Source of the DNA: Candidatus Helicobacter avicola
GTDB lineage: Bacteria > Campylobacterota > Campylobacteria > Campylobacterales > Helicobacteraceae
NCBI GenBank assembly: GCA_019112865.1
Contig: DXIN01000025.1
Location: forward strand, 5,498-69,497
DNA: 64,000 nt
Direction of reading: 5' to 3'
In this document: positions 48,201-57,030 of the stretch, one piece after another
How the letters are laid out: each line of letters starts with the position of its first letter
Position numbering within the stretch: the first letter of the stretch is position 1
The notes under the pieces: model-generated
What the model was told of the DNA's origin: nothing
Database searches by the model: none
The model's input: the letters and a program-made list of their open reading frames with translations, nothing else
Translations under genes and position numbers: made by a program

Positions 48201-48227
48201 GTGTTTTGCCACGTGCTGTTGGGTCAT
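45150..48227 (-). CDS. Large AsmA-like / YhdP-TamB-type envelope protein (N-terminal TM anchor, long beta-rich body)
   Basis: 1025 aa with a single N-terminal TM helix and a C-terminal segment IVSGSLDNPK, typical of YhdP/TamB-family C-termini. Corresponds in position to the large ORF next to mltG and oorD in H. pylori. Confidence 0.62.
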   Translation of the reverse strand: MTQQHVAKHRPKPKYKTFVSLFVFCSTIFVLFFLGYKILHEGIYNQKISLGFVEIEGLYLKLENKFIVDIKKIDLSQSELFTQDDDNKTHDVAQSLEDSVDSVMDWVQNVFWVLSYFQTLNIHEAIFPDGTRRALLYDGSDYRIFDPHFSAILNTAQSNKDIALEIQSLVIPKLSLQIEGYMQYHINKKTLDIQSLRVSHTKIFTKDSDIPAYVQITGNTDFKKASLTLKTSKWEQVQFLKPYIALLNNKTLESWLFEKINFESVQLENLTLKTSFNKNLIPNLLSSMQGSLLIQNPKVYLAPKTTPIIASSATITLANKALDIRFDSPSFSNYDLEDSHLQIALPINRALEVFVHLRSKQIAIDKSLVDLLHTFIGVNLPVQTQSPLEAMLDFTIKLNHKHQINPKVQGTISGKNTNLTLFGQPILAQDIQATLDIDGDKKRLISITSSQAKYIDILSAQLTFDIDALAHTLQGKFAINYADLLLSKVFPAHLKYPHLKNIDTSDPMTKNIIAVILKENTSSLPSILQIPPLKQTQNTESTQSNAQAQAHSTQSSQLDSQASTSQTHPLRTITLDGSFKDGNINLSIPKLSLSIKQDSALHISLANIESLYPYSPILQYFGIKKGNLTLHNQPSKSSAITLDAKLENLAYPIYDKNNQVLSTLEIEGVLDGDDILLNTKDQNIKLQKRFNTTALVFNNYNLDVDHLINSDIPMLYEIFHEEGESKSYTPEEIAKRKSFVAQKRKFEREHNIAPHILYLESNDMDILYGSFIIPTDSATITMRDKQINANVAYGNGIADIDIAYGETKISLDNFSSNFINQIFSKHLFSGGLFDLSGILKDNVLQGKIHIQNTTFKDFAIVQNIVGLIDTIPSLIMFKKPGLSNDGYEIKRGTLLFSMNDEYLGFESINLIGSAIDINGNGIVNLKERTIDLLLKASTMKALSNILSNIPIVGYVILGSDGKVTTNIIVSGSLDNPKTEVSLLEDVVNAPFKMLHRIFSPLDNIVDTLIEEQPKKDSQPHTDTSH

Positions 48228-49098
48228 ATTCTATCTCACTACTCCTGTTGTGATGCCTCAAGTAATCAGTGTGCCAAAGGGCTCTATAAAGTCTATTATA
48301 ACATATCTTAATGGAATCGAGGGCATTCCACCCAATCAATTTGGTCGATTCGATGCGTTTTTGATTGGGGCTATTGGGATACCACAAAGCGGCTTTGTGG
48401 ATTTGGGTGTAGAAAACCCCACGCGTTTAGAATTTTACAAAAGACTAAGCACTGCTAAGGCGGCGACTAAAGAGATTACGCTCATTCCCGGTGAGACATT
48501 GCACTTTTTTTTGCAAGATGTGGCACGAGTGTATGGGCTAGATGCTCAAAAGCTTCAAGAATCTTATGAGAAATATTTTCATTTACCAGAGGGTGTGATT
48601 GTCCCAGAGACTTACAAGCTCCCAATGGGTTTAGATGAAGATTCGTTGATGAAGACTTTGGCACAAATTTCTTACAAATGGCATGAGGACACCGCCACAA
48701 AGCTCCTAGGTGCATATGATAGGGATAAGTGGTTTTATTATGTCTCTATTGCTTCTATCGTGCAAAAAGAGGCAGCCAATATTGAGGAAATGCCTATTGT
48801 GGCAGCAGTAGTGTTTAATCGCTTAAAAATTGGTATGCCTTTGCAAATGGACGGCTCACTCAATTATGGAATCTACTCTCACCAAAAAATCACACCAGAG
48901 CGCATACGCAACGACACAAATCCGTGCAATACTTATAAATACAAAGGTATCCCACCCTATCCCTGCACAAGTGCGAGTGTGCAAGCCCTAAAGGCAGTGC
49001 TAGATCCTGCAGATGTGGAATATCTTTATTTTGTGCGCAACAAAAACGGCACACATACCTTTAGCAAAACCTATCAAGACCACAAGAGTAATTTCTAA
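48148..49098 (+). CDS. mltG: Endolytic murein transglycosylase MltG (YceG-like)
   Basis: N-terminal TM, a LysM-like region, and the YceG catalytic region (ASIVQKEA ... NRL ... LQMDGSL ... NTYKYKGIPPYPC). Confidence 0.85.
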   Translation: MLQKTKRLTKVLYLGFGLCFATCCWVIFYLTTPVVMPQVISVPKGSIKSIITYLNGIEGIPPNQFGRFDAFLIGAIGIPQSGFVDLGVENPTRLEFYKRLSTAKAATKEITLIPGETLHFFLQDVARVYGLDAQKLQESYEKYFHLPEGVIVPETYKLPMGLDEDSLMKTLAQISYKWHEDTATKLLGAYDRDKWFYYVSIASIVQKEAANIEEMPIVAAVVFNRLKIGMPLQMDGSLNYGIYSHQKITPERIRNDTNPCNTYKYKGIPPYPCTSASVQALKAVLDPADVEYLYFVRNKNGTHTFSKTYQDHKSNF

Positions 49099-49272
49099 AT
49101 TTATGTTTTATTGAGAGTATTGCATTGGTATTTTATGATTTAGAATGGGCGATAAAGAGTAAAATTTATACAAAATGTAACAAATACTTTTACTTTTATG
49201 TAAAATTACGCATTATTTAAACGAAAAGGGATAATATTACTAAAACAAAAAATCTTAGAGAAAGGAAAGGAA

Positions 49273-49587
49273 ATGGGATTAAAACAAGCTCCAGAGAATA
49301 CTCCGGTTTGGATTGATGAGACGAGGTGTAAGGCGTGTGATATTTGTGTGTCGCTTTGTCCAAGTGGCACATTGGGTATGAGAAAAGATGAGCATAAGAT
49401 TTTGGGCAAAGTCATCAGTGTGGCACACCCAGAGAGCTGCATAGGCTGCTATGAGTGTGAATTGCATTGTCCGGATTTTGCGATTTTTGTCGCGAGTAAG
49501 GAGGAGTTTAAATTCGCCAAGCTCACTCCAGAATCCAGAGAGCGCGCCCAGCGTGTCAAAAACAACAAGTTTATGGTTGTTGATTAA
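49273..49587 (+). CDS. oorD: 2-oxoglutarate:acceptor oxidoreductase, delta (ferredoxin) subunit
   Basis: Two CxxCxxCxxxCP 4Fe-4S motifs. First gene of a D-A-B-C arrangement. Confidence 0.88.
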   Translation: MGLKQAPENTPVWIDETRCKACDICVSLCPSGTLGMRKDEHKILGKVISVAHPESCIGCYECELHCPDFAIFVASKEEFKFAKLTPESRERAQRVKNNKFMVVD

Positions 49588-49606
49588 TCTTAGATAAGGA
49601 GAAAGA

Positions 49607-50731
49607 ATGCGAGAGGTCATTACAGGTGGAAATGAATTAGTAGCACAAGCTGCGATTGACGCGGGTTGTAGGTTTTTTGGTGGGTATCCTATCACACCTT
49701 CAAGTGATATAGCTCATGAAATGAGTGTGAATCTCCCTAAAGTAGGTGGGAAATTTATACAAATGGAAGATGAAATCGGTGGTATTTCAGTCGCGCTTGG
49801 GGCTGCGATGACAGGGAAAAAAGCGATGACAGCGACTTCTGGACCGGGTATTTCACTCAAAGCCGAGCAAGTGGGTTATGGATTTATGGCAGAGATTCCA
49901 TTAGTGGTGGTTGATGTGATGCGTGGCGGACCTTCTACAGGTTTGCCCACGCGAGTTTCACAAGGCGATCTTAACCAGGTAAAAAACCCAAGCCACGGGG
50001 ATTTTTGCTCCATAGCTATTGCAGTTGGGAATCTCAACGAAGCCTATACGCAAACTATCCGCGCCTTTAATTTGTCGGAGAAATATATGACTCCGGTGTT
50101 TTTGCTCCTTGATGAGACGGTGGGACATATGCATGGTAAGGCACTTATCCCTGACCTTGAGGAAGTCAAAAAAATGGTGGTCAATCGTGAGGAGTTTAAA
50201 GGCGATCCTAAAGACTACAAACCCTATGGTGTGCCACAAGGTAAGCCCGCGGTGCTTAATCCGTTTTTTAAAGGCTATCGCTACCATATCACAGGGCTTC
50301 ATCATGGACCTACGGGATTCCCCACAGAAGATGCAGTGCTTTCTCAAGAGCTTATTGATAGGCTTTTTAGCAAGATTGAAAACAATGTCGATGACATCGT
50401 GGAATATGAGGAGTATCAGCTTGATGATGCGCAAGTGGCGATTATTGCGTATGGTTCTGTGTCTCTAGCAGCCAAAGAAGCGATTAATACCCTCCGCAAA
50501 GAAGGTAAAAAAGTGGGTATGTTTAGACCTATCACGATTTGGCCAAGCCCACAAAAGCAACTCCAAGCACTTGGCAAAAAAATTGAGAAGATTCTCGTCA
50601 TTGAGCTTAATAAGGGGCAGTATTTCCACGAAGTCGAGCGTGTGATGCAGCGCAATGTAGAGTTTTTGGGCAAAGCAAACGGACGAAGTCTCTCACCTCA
50701 AGAAATCATCAACAAAATACAGGAGCTATAA
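49607..50731 (+). CDS. oorA: 2-oxoglutarate:acceptor oxidoreductase, alpha subunit
   Basis: OFOR alpha-subunit pattern (GYPITPSS ... TATSGPG). Size is 374 aa. Confidence 0.92.
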   Translation: MREVITGGNELVAQAAIDAGCRFFGGYPITPSSDIAHEMSVNLPKVGGKFIQMEDEIGGISVALGAAMTGKKAMTATSGPGISLKAEQVGYGFMAEIPLVVVDVMRGGPSTGLPTRVSQGDLNQVKNPSHGDFCSIAIAVGNLNEAYTQTIRAFNLSEKYMTPVFLLLDETVGHMHGKALIPDLEEVKKMVVNREEFKGDPKDYKPYGVPQGKPAVLNPFFKGYRYHITGLHHGPTGFPTEDAVLSQELIDRLFSKIENNVDDIVEYEEYQLDDAQVAIIAYGSVSLAAKEAINTLRKEGKKVGMFRPITIWPSPQKQLQALGKKIEKILVIELNKGQYFHEVERVMQRNVEFLGKANGRSLSPQEIINKIQEL

Positions 50732-50732
50732 G

Positions 50733-51560
50733 ATGGCATTTAATTACGAAGAATATTTACGAATGGACAAAATGCCCACACTTTGGTGCTGGGGCTGTGG
50801 CGATGGTGTAGTGCTTAAATCTGTCATTAGGGCAATAGACAGCTTGGGCTGGAAAATGGACGATGTGTGTATCGTAAGCGGGATTGGTTGTAGCGGGAGA
50901 TTCTCATCGTATGTGAATTGCAACACCGTGCATACTACACATGGTAGGGCGTTAGCGTATGCCACAGGGATCAAGCTCGCCAACCCAGATAAAAAAGTCG
51001 TAGTGATTTCGGGCGATGGGGATTCTATGGCTATTGGTGGTAACCACACAATCCACGCGTGTCGCAGAAATATCGACATCAACCTCGTGCTTATCAATAA
51101 CTTCATCTATGGCTTGACAAACTCTCAAACCTCTCCTACAACTCCTAAGGATTTTTGGACTGTTACCGCGCAGTATGGCAATATCGACCCAAGCTTTGAT
51201 CCTTGTCAGATTGCTATGGCGGCGGGTGCGAGCTTTGTAGGTAGAGAATCTGTCATCTCTCCCAAAAAAATCGAAAAGCTTCTTGTCGAGGGCTTTAGCC
51301 ACGAGGGCTTTAGCTTCTTTGATATTCATAGTAATTGCCATGTGAATCTTGGGCGCAAAAATAAAATGGGCGATGCCACAAAAATGCTCCAATGGATAGA
51401 ATCTCGTCTAGTTTCTAAAAACAAGTTTGATACACTAAGTGATGAGGAAAAAGTCGGTAAATTCCCTACCGGTGTGTTAAAACACGATACAAGTCGCATA
51501 GAATACTGCAAAGCGTATGATGGCGTGATAGCCAAAGCTCAAGCTAAGGGAGGGCATTAA
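50733..51560 (+). CDS. oorB: 2-oxoglutarate:acceptor oxidoreductase, beta (ThDP-binding) subunit
   Basis: WCWGCGDG and SGIGCS cysteine motifs; the GDGD ThDP motif. Confidence 0.92.
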   Translation: MAFNYEEYLRMDKMPTLWCWGCGDGVVLKSVIRAIDSLGWKMDDVCIVSGIGCSGRFSSYVNCNTVHTTHGRALAYATGIKLANPDKKVVVISGDGDSMAIGGNHTIHACRRNIDINLVLINNFIYGLTNSQTSPTTPKDFWTVTAQYGNIDPSFDPCQIAMAAGASFVGRESVISPKKIEKLLVEGFSHEGFSFFDIHSNCHVNLGRKNKMGDATKMLQWIESRLVSKNKFDTLSDEEKVGKFPTGVLKHDTSRIEYCKAYDGVIAKAQAKGGH

Positions 51561-51561
51561 G

Positions 51562-52113
51562 ATGGAATACCAACTTCGTTTTACCGGTGTGGGCGGACAG
51601 GGCGTGCTGCTCGCGGGGGAGATTCTCGCAGAGGCTAAGATAAAAGATCACGGCTATGGTGTCAAAGCTGCTACCTACACTTCCCAAGTGCGTGGCGGAC
51701 CGACAAAAGTGGATATTTTGCTCGATAGTGAGGAGATTTTGTATCCATATGCTAATGAGGGTGAAATCGACTTTATGCTTTCCACCGCACAGGTGAGTTA
51801 CAACGCTTTCAAAGGTGGTGTTAAAGCGGGTAATATCATCGTCGTAGAGCCAAATCTCGTAACCCCAAGCGATGAGGATAGAAAAAAATTCAGAATCTAT
51901 GAAATCCCTATTATCACTATCGCTAAAGAAGAAGTGGGCAATGTCGTAACGCAGTCTGTCGTGGCATTAGCAATCACGGTAACAATGACAAAGTGTGTCA
52001 ATAGAGACCTTGTCTTTGACACTATGTTAGAAAAAGTCCCAGACAAGGTCAAAGACCTCAACAAAAAGGCTTTTGAGCTAGGTGAGAAATACGCCCTTAA
52101 AGCATTGGGATAG
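51562..52113 (+). CDS. oorC: 2-oxoglutarate:acceptor oxidoreductase, gamma subunit
   Basis: OFOR gamma pattern (GVGGQGVLLAGEIL). Size is 183 aa. Confidence 0.9.
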   Translation: MEYQLRFTGVGGQGVLLAGEILAEAKIKDHGYGVKAATYTSQVRGGPTKVDILLDSEEILYPYANEGEIDFMLSTAQVSYNAFKGGVKAGNIIVVEPNLVTPSDEDRKKFRIYEIPIITIAKEEVGNVVTQSVVALAITVTMTKCVNRDLVFDTMLEKVPDKVKDLNKKAFELGEKYALKALG

Positions 52114-52128
52114 AATCTAGCGCACTTG

Positions 52129-53238
52129 ATGTTTCCTTTTATCGATCTTGCTAAGATTAATGCGCGTTTTGACTTGCACTCCGCGTTTGAAGCGTTTGTG
52201 CAGAGCGCACAATACATTCAAGGTGAGGAGAGCGCACATTTTGAGCAGGAATTTGCCACATATTGTGGTTCTAAACACTGCATAGGTGTGAGTAGTGGCT
52301 CAAGTGCGCTTTATCTTATCCTCAAGGCTTATAAGCACCTAGGCAAACTCCACGATAATGACGCTGTTATCGTCCCTACTAATACCTATATTGCAAGTGT
52401 ATTTGCCATCACCCAAAATAGCCTCACACCGATTTTTGCCGAGCCCAATGTGCAGGATTTTTTGCTTGATAGCTCTAAGTTAGAATCTCTCCTTACGTCG
52501 CGCACAAAGGCGATTATGCCTGTGCATTTGTATGGGCAGCTGTGCGATATGGACACAATCAATGCCTTTGCCAAAGCGCATAATCTCCTTGTGATCGAGG
52601 ATAGCGCACAGGCACATGGAGCGTATTTGCGAGATTCACACACGCGATCGGGTGCGTATGGCGATGCAGGGGGCTTTAGCTTCTATCCTGCCAAAAATCT
52701 CGGTGCGCTGGGTGATGGTGGGGCTATCACGACGAATGATGATGAGCTGGCTGCGACTCTTAGATGTCTTGCCAATGCTGGTAGCACGAGCAAATACACA
52801 CACACGCTTGATGGGATCAATGCGCGCCTAGATTCACTCCAAGCCCTTGTGCTGCGCACTAAGCTCGCGCTTTTAGATTCTGATAATGCCCATAGGCGTG
52901 AGATTGCTAAGACTTATGCAAGTGCAATCACGCATAGTGAGATCATACTCCCGCATTATCGCATTTCTACTCCACATTCGCATGTGTGGCATTTGTTTGT
53001 GATCCGCACCAAAGCGCGCGAGAAATTACGCTCGCACCTCACGCGATATGGTGTGCAGAGCATCATTCACTATCCTATCCCCGTGCATAAGCAGCTAGTT
53101 TATGCGCGTTATAATCATTTAGAGTTGCCCATCGCCCAGAGTTTGCAGAATGAGATTCTAAGTCTGCCTATCAGCCAAGTCCAGAGTATTGAGGACACAT
53201 ACAAAATCGCGGAGATTCTCAATGCCTTTGTGCTATAA
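52129..53238 (+). CDS. DegT/DnrJ/EryC1/StrS-family PLP-dependent sugar aminotransferase
   Basis: Family pattern (VIVPTNTYIAS, VIEDSAQAHGA, FSFYPAKNLGALGDGG). Confidence 0.88.
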   Translation: MFPFIDLAKINARFDLHSAFEAFVQSAQYIQGEESAHFEQEFATYCGSKHCIGVSSGSSALYLILKAYKHLGKLHDNDAVIVPTNTYIASVFAITQNSLTPIFAEPNVQDFLLDSSKLESLLTSRTKAIMPVHLYGQLCDMDTINAFAKAHNLLVIEDSAQAHGAYLRDSHTRSGAYGDAGGFSFYPAKNLGALGDGGAITTNDDELAATLRCLANAGSTSKYTHTLDGINARLDSLQALVLRTKLALLDSDNAHRREIAKTYASAITHSEIILPHYRISTPHSHVWHLFVIRTKAREKLRSHLTRYGVQSIIHYPIPVHKQLVYARYNHLELPIAQSLQNEILSLPISQVQSIEDTYKIAEILNAFVL

Positions 53239-53282
53239 TACCCACTGGTTTGGAAATTTTCACAAAATCATAAGATAAAGGA

Positions 53283-53600
53283 GTGTTTGTGCCAATTTTA
53301 CCCCAATACAACCACTGCTGTGGGTGTAGCGCGTGCTATGCTGCTTGTCCGCACGATAGCATCACGATGAGCCCTGATAACGAAGGGTTTTTGTATCCTG
53401 CTGTGGATTCTGCTACTTGCACAGAGTGCAAGGCGTGCGAAGCAGTATGCCCAAGCTTGCCGTTTTTGGATTTCGCACCCTATGATACCGTGCGTAAAAC
53501 CTCCAAATTTCCGCACAATCCCAAGCTCTCTTGCGCTCAACTCATCGAACAATCAGCACAGAAAAACTTCATATTGCCCCCCCCCTTAATGGATTTTTAA
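53283..53600 (+). CDS. N-terminal 2x[4Fe-4S] ferredoxin fragment of the FrhB-like/pyruvyl-transferase gene, split off by a poly-C frameshift
   Basis: CCGCSACYAACP and CTECKACEAVCP motifs. The ORF terminates 15 nt after the C9 tract; one extra C would fuse it to 53531..56155. Confidence 0.7.
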   Translation: MFVPILPQYNHCCGCSACYAACPHDSITMSPDNEGFLYPAVDSATCTECKACEAVCPSLPFLDFAPYDTVRKTSKFPHNPKLSCAQLIEQSAQKNFILPPPLMDF

Positions 53601-56155
53601 AATTTTGCCACAACCCTCACGACATTCCCACACAAACTTTTGCTACTGAAATAATAGAATCTAAAACCACCAACGACATTATAGAATCTAAAAAATCTAA
53701 AGCCTTAAATTCTGACAATGTATGGTCGCGATATTGTTTTGCGTTTAAAGCCAAAGACACGCAACTACGTCTTAATTCCTCATCGGGTGGCATTTTTAGT
53801 CTTTTGGCACAATCTGTGCTAGCAGAGGGTGGCGTGGTCTTTGGTGTGGGGTATGATGAAGATTTGCGCGTGGTGCATAAGGCTGTGGAGGGGCATTCAG
53901 CTTTTAGCGAAAAGAGTGGGAATCCGCACTCGGATTTTCAGTCATTTATGTCCAATAAACTCCCTCAATCCTCGCTTGATAACCCACTTTTTTCATCTAA
54001 AATCTTAGAATACCCGAGCGATAGCTTAGAATCTAGAGCAAACACAGAATCTTTTGGTGACTTAGAATCTAGCCATACAGATTCTAAAAACAATACAGAA
54101 TCTACCATCGCCACAGAATCCCAGCCATCTACATACGATGTAATCAAACAAAAGACAAGCCAAACAGATTCACTAGATTCACTACGGCGATCGAAATATG
54201 TCCAATCCGACAAGGGTGATAGTTTCCGAGAAGCTAAAGCATTGCTAAAACAAGGGCGCAAGGTGCTTTTTAGCGGTGTGCAGTGCGAAATCCAAGGGCT
54301 TTTAGCCTATCTCAAAAAGCCCTATGATAATTTGCTAACTTGCGAAGTTATCTGCAACTCTGTGCCAAGCCCAAAGGTATGGGAAATCTACAAGCAAAGC
54401 CTACTTAAAGAAGAGCATCGTAGCTCTTGCGATAAAATAATAGACTTTAACTTCCGCGGCAAAGACTATGGCTGGGATAAAGGTGCGTTTATACTCAAAA
54501 CGGATTTAAGGACAAAGATAATCCCACATTCCGAATCAACCTTTATGCGTGGGTTTTTGGAGCATCTTATTACACGCCCAAGCTGTGAAAACTGCTATGC
54601 CAAAGATGGCAGAAGTGGTGCAGACATCACACTAGGGGATTTTTGGGGTGTGGGTAGAGCGCACCCAGAGTTTAGTGATAATATAGGGGTAAGTTGTGTA
54701 ATAGCTCATAATGCAAAGGCGTTGGGTGCGTTAGAGGCTATTAAGGAGTATGGAGAATGGGAGTTAAGTAGTTATGAATCTATCGTGGCGGGCAATCGTG
54801 CGCTTATCCACTCGGGCTTTGCCAATCCCAATCGCAAGCAGGCTCTAAGTGAAATCCTAGGCACATACGCCACTAAGGGTGCGCGAAAATCTATGCAAGC
54901 CCTAGAGCAATATCTCCGCCCCAAAGCCAAAAACAAAACTTTCAAAAAAATAAAAAAACATTTGAGAAATAAAAAACCTCCTAAACGCGTTAGGGTTGCT
55001 AAGATAGGAATTGTTACTTATGTGCATAGTCACGATAATTATGGTCAGATTTTGCAAAACTATGCCCTATGTCAGTATTTGTCTCAAACATACCCAAAAG
55101 CAGATATTAAGACATTTGCTGATGTGAGGTGGTTGCTTTATACACCGCTTAAAAGATTCTATAAGGTTCTTGAGAGAAATATCAACGCATTTTTTGGCAA
55201 GAGAAAGGGTGTGCCAAGCAGACTTGATGCTAAACGTCGTTTTGCAGAGTTTAGATCACAGCATATCAAAATGTCGCTTCCACGATTTTGCACAATCTCT
55301 AACAAGTCTCTTGCGCAAGATGTCTTTATCGTGGGGAGCGATCAGGTTTGGAATGATTGGGGAATGCGAAATTTCAAAAAAATCAAAAGAACTGCATTTT
55401 TTGCGTATTTGCTTGGCTTTGTGGATAGAACTAAACGCGTATTTAGAAATGCCAAAAAGGTAGCCTATGCTCCTAGTATTGGTTCAGTGGATATACCAAA
55501 TGGGCTCAAGGAGATTTTTAAACAATATTTGAGTTCTTTTGATGCGCTCTCGGTGCGTGAAGAGTGTAATGTCGCCACACTCAAAAAGCTAGGACTAGAA
55601 TCTATCTGCGTGCCTGATCCTACTATGCTGCTCTCACGAGAGGATTATATGCGTATTCTCAAACCTCTTCCGCGCAAAAATGAGGCGTTTGTGTATATGA
55701 TAGGAAGTGAAACAATGATAGAGAAAGATATGCTTTTGGATTTTGTCGCAACTACACATAAAATCCTCTACGCAAATGCAAATGTGAAAAATCCATGTTC
55801 TTATGACACACATACGGATTTTTATCCCACACCACAGGAATGGCTGGGTGCGATAGCAGATTCTGAAGTGCTTATCACTAATTCCTTTCATGGCTGTATT
55901 TTTGCAATTATTATGAACACATCATTTTTTGCGCTCAAGCTTGGAGGCAGTAGTGAAGCGACAAATACGCGCTTTGAGAGCTTGCTAGAAATTTTTGGCT
56001 TGCAGGATAGACTATGCAGTGATTTAGAGGAGTTTAAAGCAAAATATAGCACCAATACCCCAATAGATTGGCAAGTAATCAACACGCGACTTAGGCTTTG
56101 GTCGCAGGTGGGCAAGGATTATTTGGCTAAAAATGTGGGGGCATATGTCGTTTGA
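53531..56155 (+). CDS. F420-hydrogenase-beta (FrhB)-like domain fused to a polysaccharide pyruvyl transferase domain; out of frame with its ferredoxin N-terminus and carrying a repeat-element insert
   Basis: FrhB-like part: SSSGGIFSLLAQ, SKYVQSD, VLFSGVQCEIQGL, ITLGDFWG. Pyruvyl-transferase part: KIGIVTY..HDNYGQILQNYAL, VGSDQVWN, ITNSFHGCIFAI. Confidence 0.75.
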   Translation: MRSTHRTISTEKLHIAPPLNGFLKFCHNPHDIPTQTFATEIIESKTTNDIIESKKSKALNSDNVWSRYCFAFKAKDTQLRLNSSSGGIFSLLAQSVLAEGGVVFGVGYDEDLRVVHKAVEGHSAFSEKSGNPHSDFQSFMSNKLPQSSLDNPLFSSKILEYPSDSLESRANTESFGDLESSHTDSKNNTESTIATESQPSTYDVIKQKTSQTDSLDSLRRSKYVQSDKGDSFREAKALLKQGRKVLFSGVQCEIQGLLAYLKKPYDNLLTCEVICNSVPSPKVWEIYKQSLLKEEHRSSCDKIIDFNFRGKDYGWDKGAFILKTDLRTKIIPHSESTFMRGFLEHLITRPSCENCYAKDGRSGADITLGDFWGVGRAHPEFSDNIGVSCVIAHNAKALGALEAIKEYGEWELSSYESIVAGNRALIHSGFANPNRKQALSEILGTYATKGARKSMQALEQYLRPKAKNKTFKKIKKHLRNKKPPKRVRVAKIGIVTYVHSHDNYGQILQNYALCQYLSQTYPKADIKTFADVRWLLYTPLKRFYKVLERNINAFFGKRKGVPSRLDAKRRFAEFRSQHIKMSLPRFCTISNKSLAQDVFIVGSDQVWNDWGMRNFKKIKRTAFFAYLLGFVDRTKRVFRNAKKVAYAPSIGSVDIPNGLKEIFKQYLSSFDALSVREECNVATLKKLGLESICVPDPTMLLSREDYMRILKPLPRKNEAFVYMIGSETMIEKDMLLDFVATTHKILYANANVKNPCSYDTHTDFYPTPQEWLGAIADSEVLITNSFHGCIFAIIMNTSFFALKLGGSSEATNTRFESLLEIFGLQDRLCSDLEEFKAKYSTNTPIDWQVINTRLRLWSQVGKDYLAKNVGAYVV
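53577..53585. repeat. Homopolymeric C9 tract (candidate phase-variation switch)
   Basis: Nine consecutive C read directly from the sequence, located exactly where the two ORFs change frame. Confidence 0.95.
53892..54185. repeat. Repeat element (left arm plus GAATCT-rich centre, no right arm), in frame in the FrhB-like domain
   Basis: GGGCATTCAGCTTTTAGCGAAAAGAGTGGGAATCCGCACTCGGATTTTCAGTCA... aligns with the left arms at 9044, 11273 and 16123. Confidence 0.65.
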
Positions 56156-56178
56156 TTGGGCAAATAGATTAAATGTAG

Positions 56179-57030
56179 CTAGTAATAATACAACTCCATA
56201 CTGACACGGATTCTGATGAGCACCTTGCTAATGGGGTGTGGATAGTCCTTGTAAGCAATTTCTATGGTGCGCTCGGAGTTCCTATCCAAAATCACATAAC
56301 CCGATGATTTAATGAGTCTAAGGTCTGTGATGTCGCCATTTGGGTGGAGATAAAACTGCACGATATTTACGCCTTGCTGTCCTAGACGAATTGCATCGGG
56401 GGGATATTTGAGGTATCGTCCTGTGATGCGTCCTATATCACGAAGATTGTTAATGATAAAATCCTGCTCCACAAGCCCATAGTCCCCAAATTCTTCACCA
56501 TAGAGATCACTCACATCACGTTTTGTGATACTATCAAGCCTTGGATATTGTGCAAAGATTGCTGCTAGCGAGGGAGAATCGCCTTTGTTGGGGCGTGAAT
56601 CTGTGGGGTGAGGGTTAGGATAGGGATTGTTTAGTGTAAGGGAACGTAAGTCTATGTCGTTGCTATTGTTTGTGGTCTGTGAATCTTGTGTGCTAGGTTT
56701 GGGACGAGGCTTAGAATCTTGTGTAGAAGAATCTTGTCTGTTTGTTTGGATTTGCTTAGAATCTCGTTGTTGCTCCATTTGTGATGAGCTACTTTGTGGT
56801 GGCTTGGCTTGGGAATTTGGCTTGGATTTGGCTTGTGTCGGAGGCTGGGGCAAGAAGCCTGAAATTTTTATTTTATTTGGAATCTCCCCCGTGCCTTTTT
56901 TGAACTGGAGGTTTTGCCTCTCAAAAAGCCAATATGCTACAATCCCCACAATGACAATATGAACGACAAGTGAGCAAAATAGGGCAAATCTCAAACGCTC
57001 TTTTTCGGTGATATTAAATGTTTTGGTCAT
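56179..57030 (-). CDS. tonB: TonB-family energy transducer
   Basis: N-terminal TM, a Pro/Gln/Ser-rich spacer, and a C-terminal TonB_C-like domain (YPPDAIRLGQQGVNIVQFYLHPNGDITD). Confidence 0.72.
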   Translation of the reverse strand: MTKTFNITEKERLRFALFCSLVVHIVIVGIVAYWLFERQNLQFKKGTGEIPNKIKISGFLPQPPTQAKSKPNSQAKPPQSSSSQMEQQRDSKQIQTNRQDSSTQDSKPRPKPSTQDSQTTNNSNDIDLRSLTLNNPYPNPHPTDSRPNKGDSPSLAAIFAQYPRLDSITKRDVSDLYGEEFGDYGLVEQDFIINNLRDIGRITGRYLKYPPDAIRLGQQGVNIVQFYLHPNGDITDLRLIKSSGYVILDRNSERTIEIAYKDYPHPISKVLIRIRVSMELYYY

